Below are positions 26,736 to 27,341 of a stretch of 27,341 nt of DNA, piece by piece. Both the position numbers and the translations under genes were made by a program. The stretch comes from a virus (Duplodnaviria > Caudoviricetes). Under the pieces are notes generated by a model. The model saw nothing but the letters and a program-made list of their open reading frames with translations, did not search any database and was not told where the DNA came from. The stretch covers positions 1-27,341 of the IMG/VR virus record IMGVR_UViG_3300043425_001053; one strand, 5' to 3'. Numbering within the stretch: the stretch's first letter is position 1; each line of letters starts with the position of its first letter.

Positions 26736-27085
26736 CGTCCCGGTGCGTTCCTGCCGGGGTCGCCGGAATGCTGACAGGCTTGCTGGGCGTTATCAGTGCA
26801 TAGGCCAAGGTATGTCTAAGACATATGCGGCTGTCCTGTTACGTGAGTGAGGCCACCAAGGCCGGCAGGGAGTCTATAGGACTCTGGCGTGAGATCGCCG
26901 CCGGCCTCGCAAGGATGCCAGCCAGTTACGGAAAACCTATTTAAGCCGCCCCAGAGGGGGCCGTTACGGGTAGAACGGATTGGCAACGGGTGAGCAGGGC
27001 ACGGGAATTAAAGCAGGCGTGAGTCTAGGGCAATCTGTCCCTAGCGGCTGGCGCGGGTAAAGCCGGGCAAAAAGCAATAAGTGTT
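26736..27085 (+). ncRNA. putative structured leader/ncRNA
   Basis: No + strand ORF of 60 aa or more starts here; several short stems; bounded by the predicted sigma54 start and the ribozyme cleavage site. Confidence 0.45.
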
Positions 27086-27130
27086 CAGGGGTATGCCCCT
27101 GCTGATGAGGCCAGAGGGCCGAAACACTTA
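27078..27130 (+). ncRNA. type III hammerhead ribozyme
   Basis: Stem III TAAGTGT/ACACTTA; GUU cleavage triplet (27083-27085); stem I CAGGGG-TATG-CCCCTG; core CTGATGA; stem II GGCC-AGAG-GGCC; GAAA. Confidence 0.93.
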
Positions 27131-27157
27131 CTAAGGGTGAAGGGTAAAGGTCAAGCC

Positions 27158-27341
27158 ATGACACAATCAAAGCGAGCGAAAGTAGCGGCCAGAAAGTATC
27201 TGGCGAAGGTGGAGAGACAATGGCAGGAAGAACAAAGGCAAGCCATTGAAGCTAAGAGACTGGCAAGGGGTAAGACAAAACAAACAGCCAGCTTCCGGGC
27301 ATCGAAGGCAGGCAGGCCACAACCAGCCAGCAAGGGTCAGG
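27158..27341 (+). CDS. first early gene, basic protein (runs off the window)
   Basis: ATG at 27158 after AAGG; open to the window end: MTQSKRAKVAARKYLAKVERQWQEEQRQAIEAKRLARGKTKQTASFRASKAGRPQPASKGQ. Confidence 0.65.
   Translation, partial: MTQSKRAKVAARKYLAKVERQWQEEQRQAIEAKRLARGKTKQTASFRASKAGRPQPASKGQ

Noticed and set aside
26201-26850. ORFs called in the control region (26201-26551, 26214-26411, 26242-26508, 26593-26850, 26596-26808)
   Set aside because: Low-complexity translations of repeats and binding sites, with no convincing RBS.
26736-27085. Leader as a CrcZ/CrcY or RsmY/RsmZ homolog
   Set aside because: No AANAANAA repeats and no regular series of GGA-loop hairpins.

Overview
This window is a segment of a tailed dsDNA phage with podovirus-type organisation, resembling Zobellviridae/cobavirus-like phages (family is inferred from gene order). 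Bases 1-1605 (+) hold the end of a nucleotide-metabolism arm (MazG-like, DUF5664-like, hypothetical, 2OG-Fe(II) oxygenase), which meets the late arm at a bidirectional terminator. Bases 1651-25871 (-) carry the late arm: terS, terL, portal, scaffold, major capsid, tail adaptor and nozzle, fibres, ejection proteins and lysis genes. The most interesting part is the non-coding region at about 25900-27157, probably spanning the genome ends. It contains a CRP/Vfr box, a helically phased CAT array and four LexA (SOS) boxes. It also has a full sigma54 promoter architecture: TGTTAC/GTAACA (CbrB-like) enhancer array, IHF site and -24/-12 element. This promoter appears to drive a ~350-nt structured leader that ends in a type III hammerhead ribozyme just upstream of the first early ORF. 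All calls come from reading the sequence; no database searches were run.
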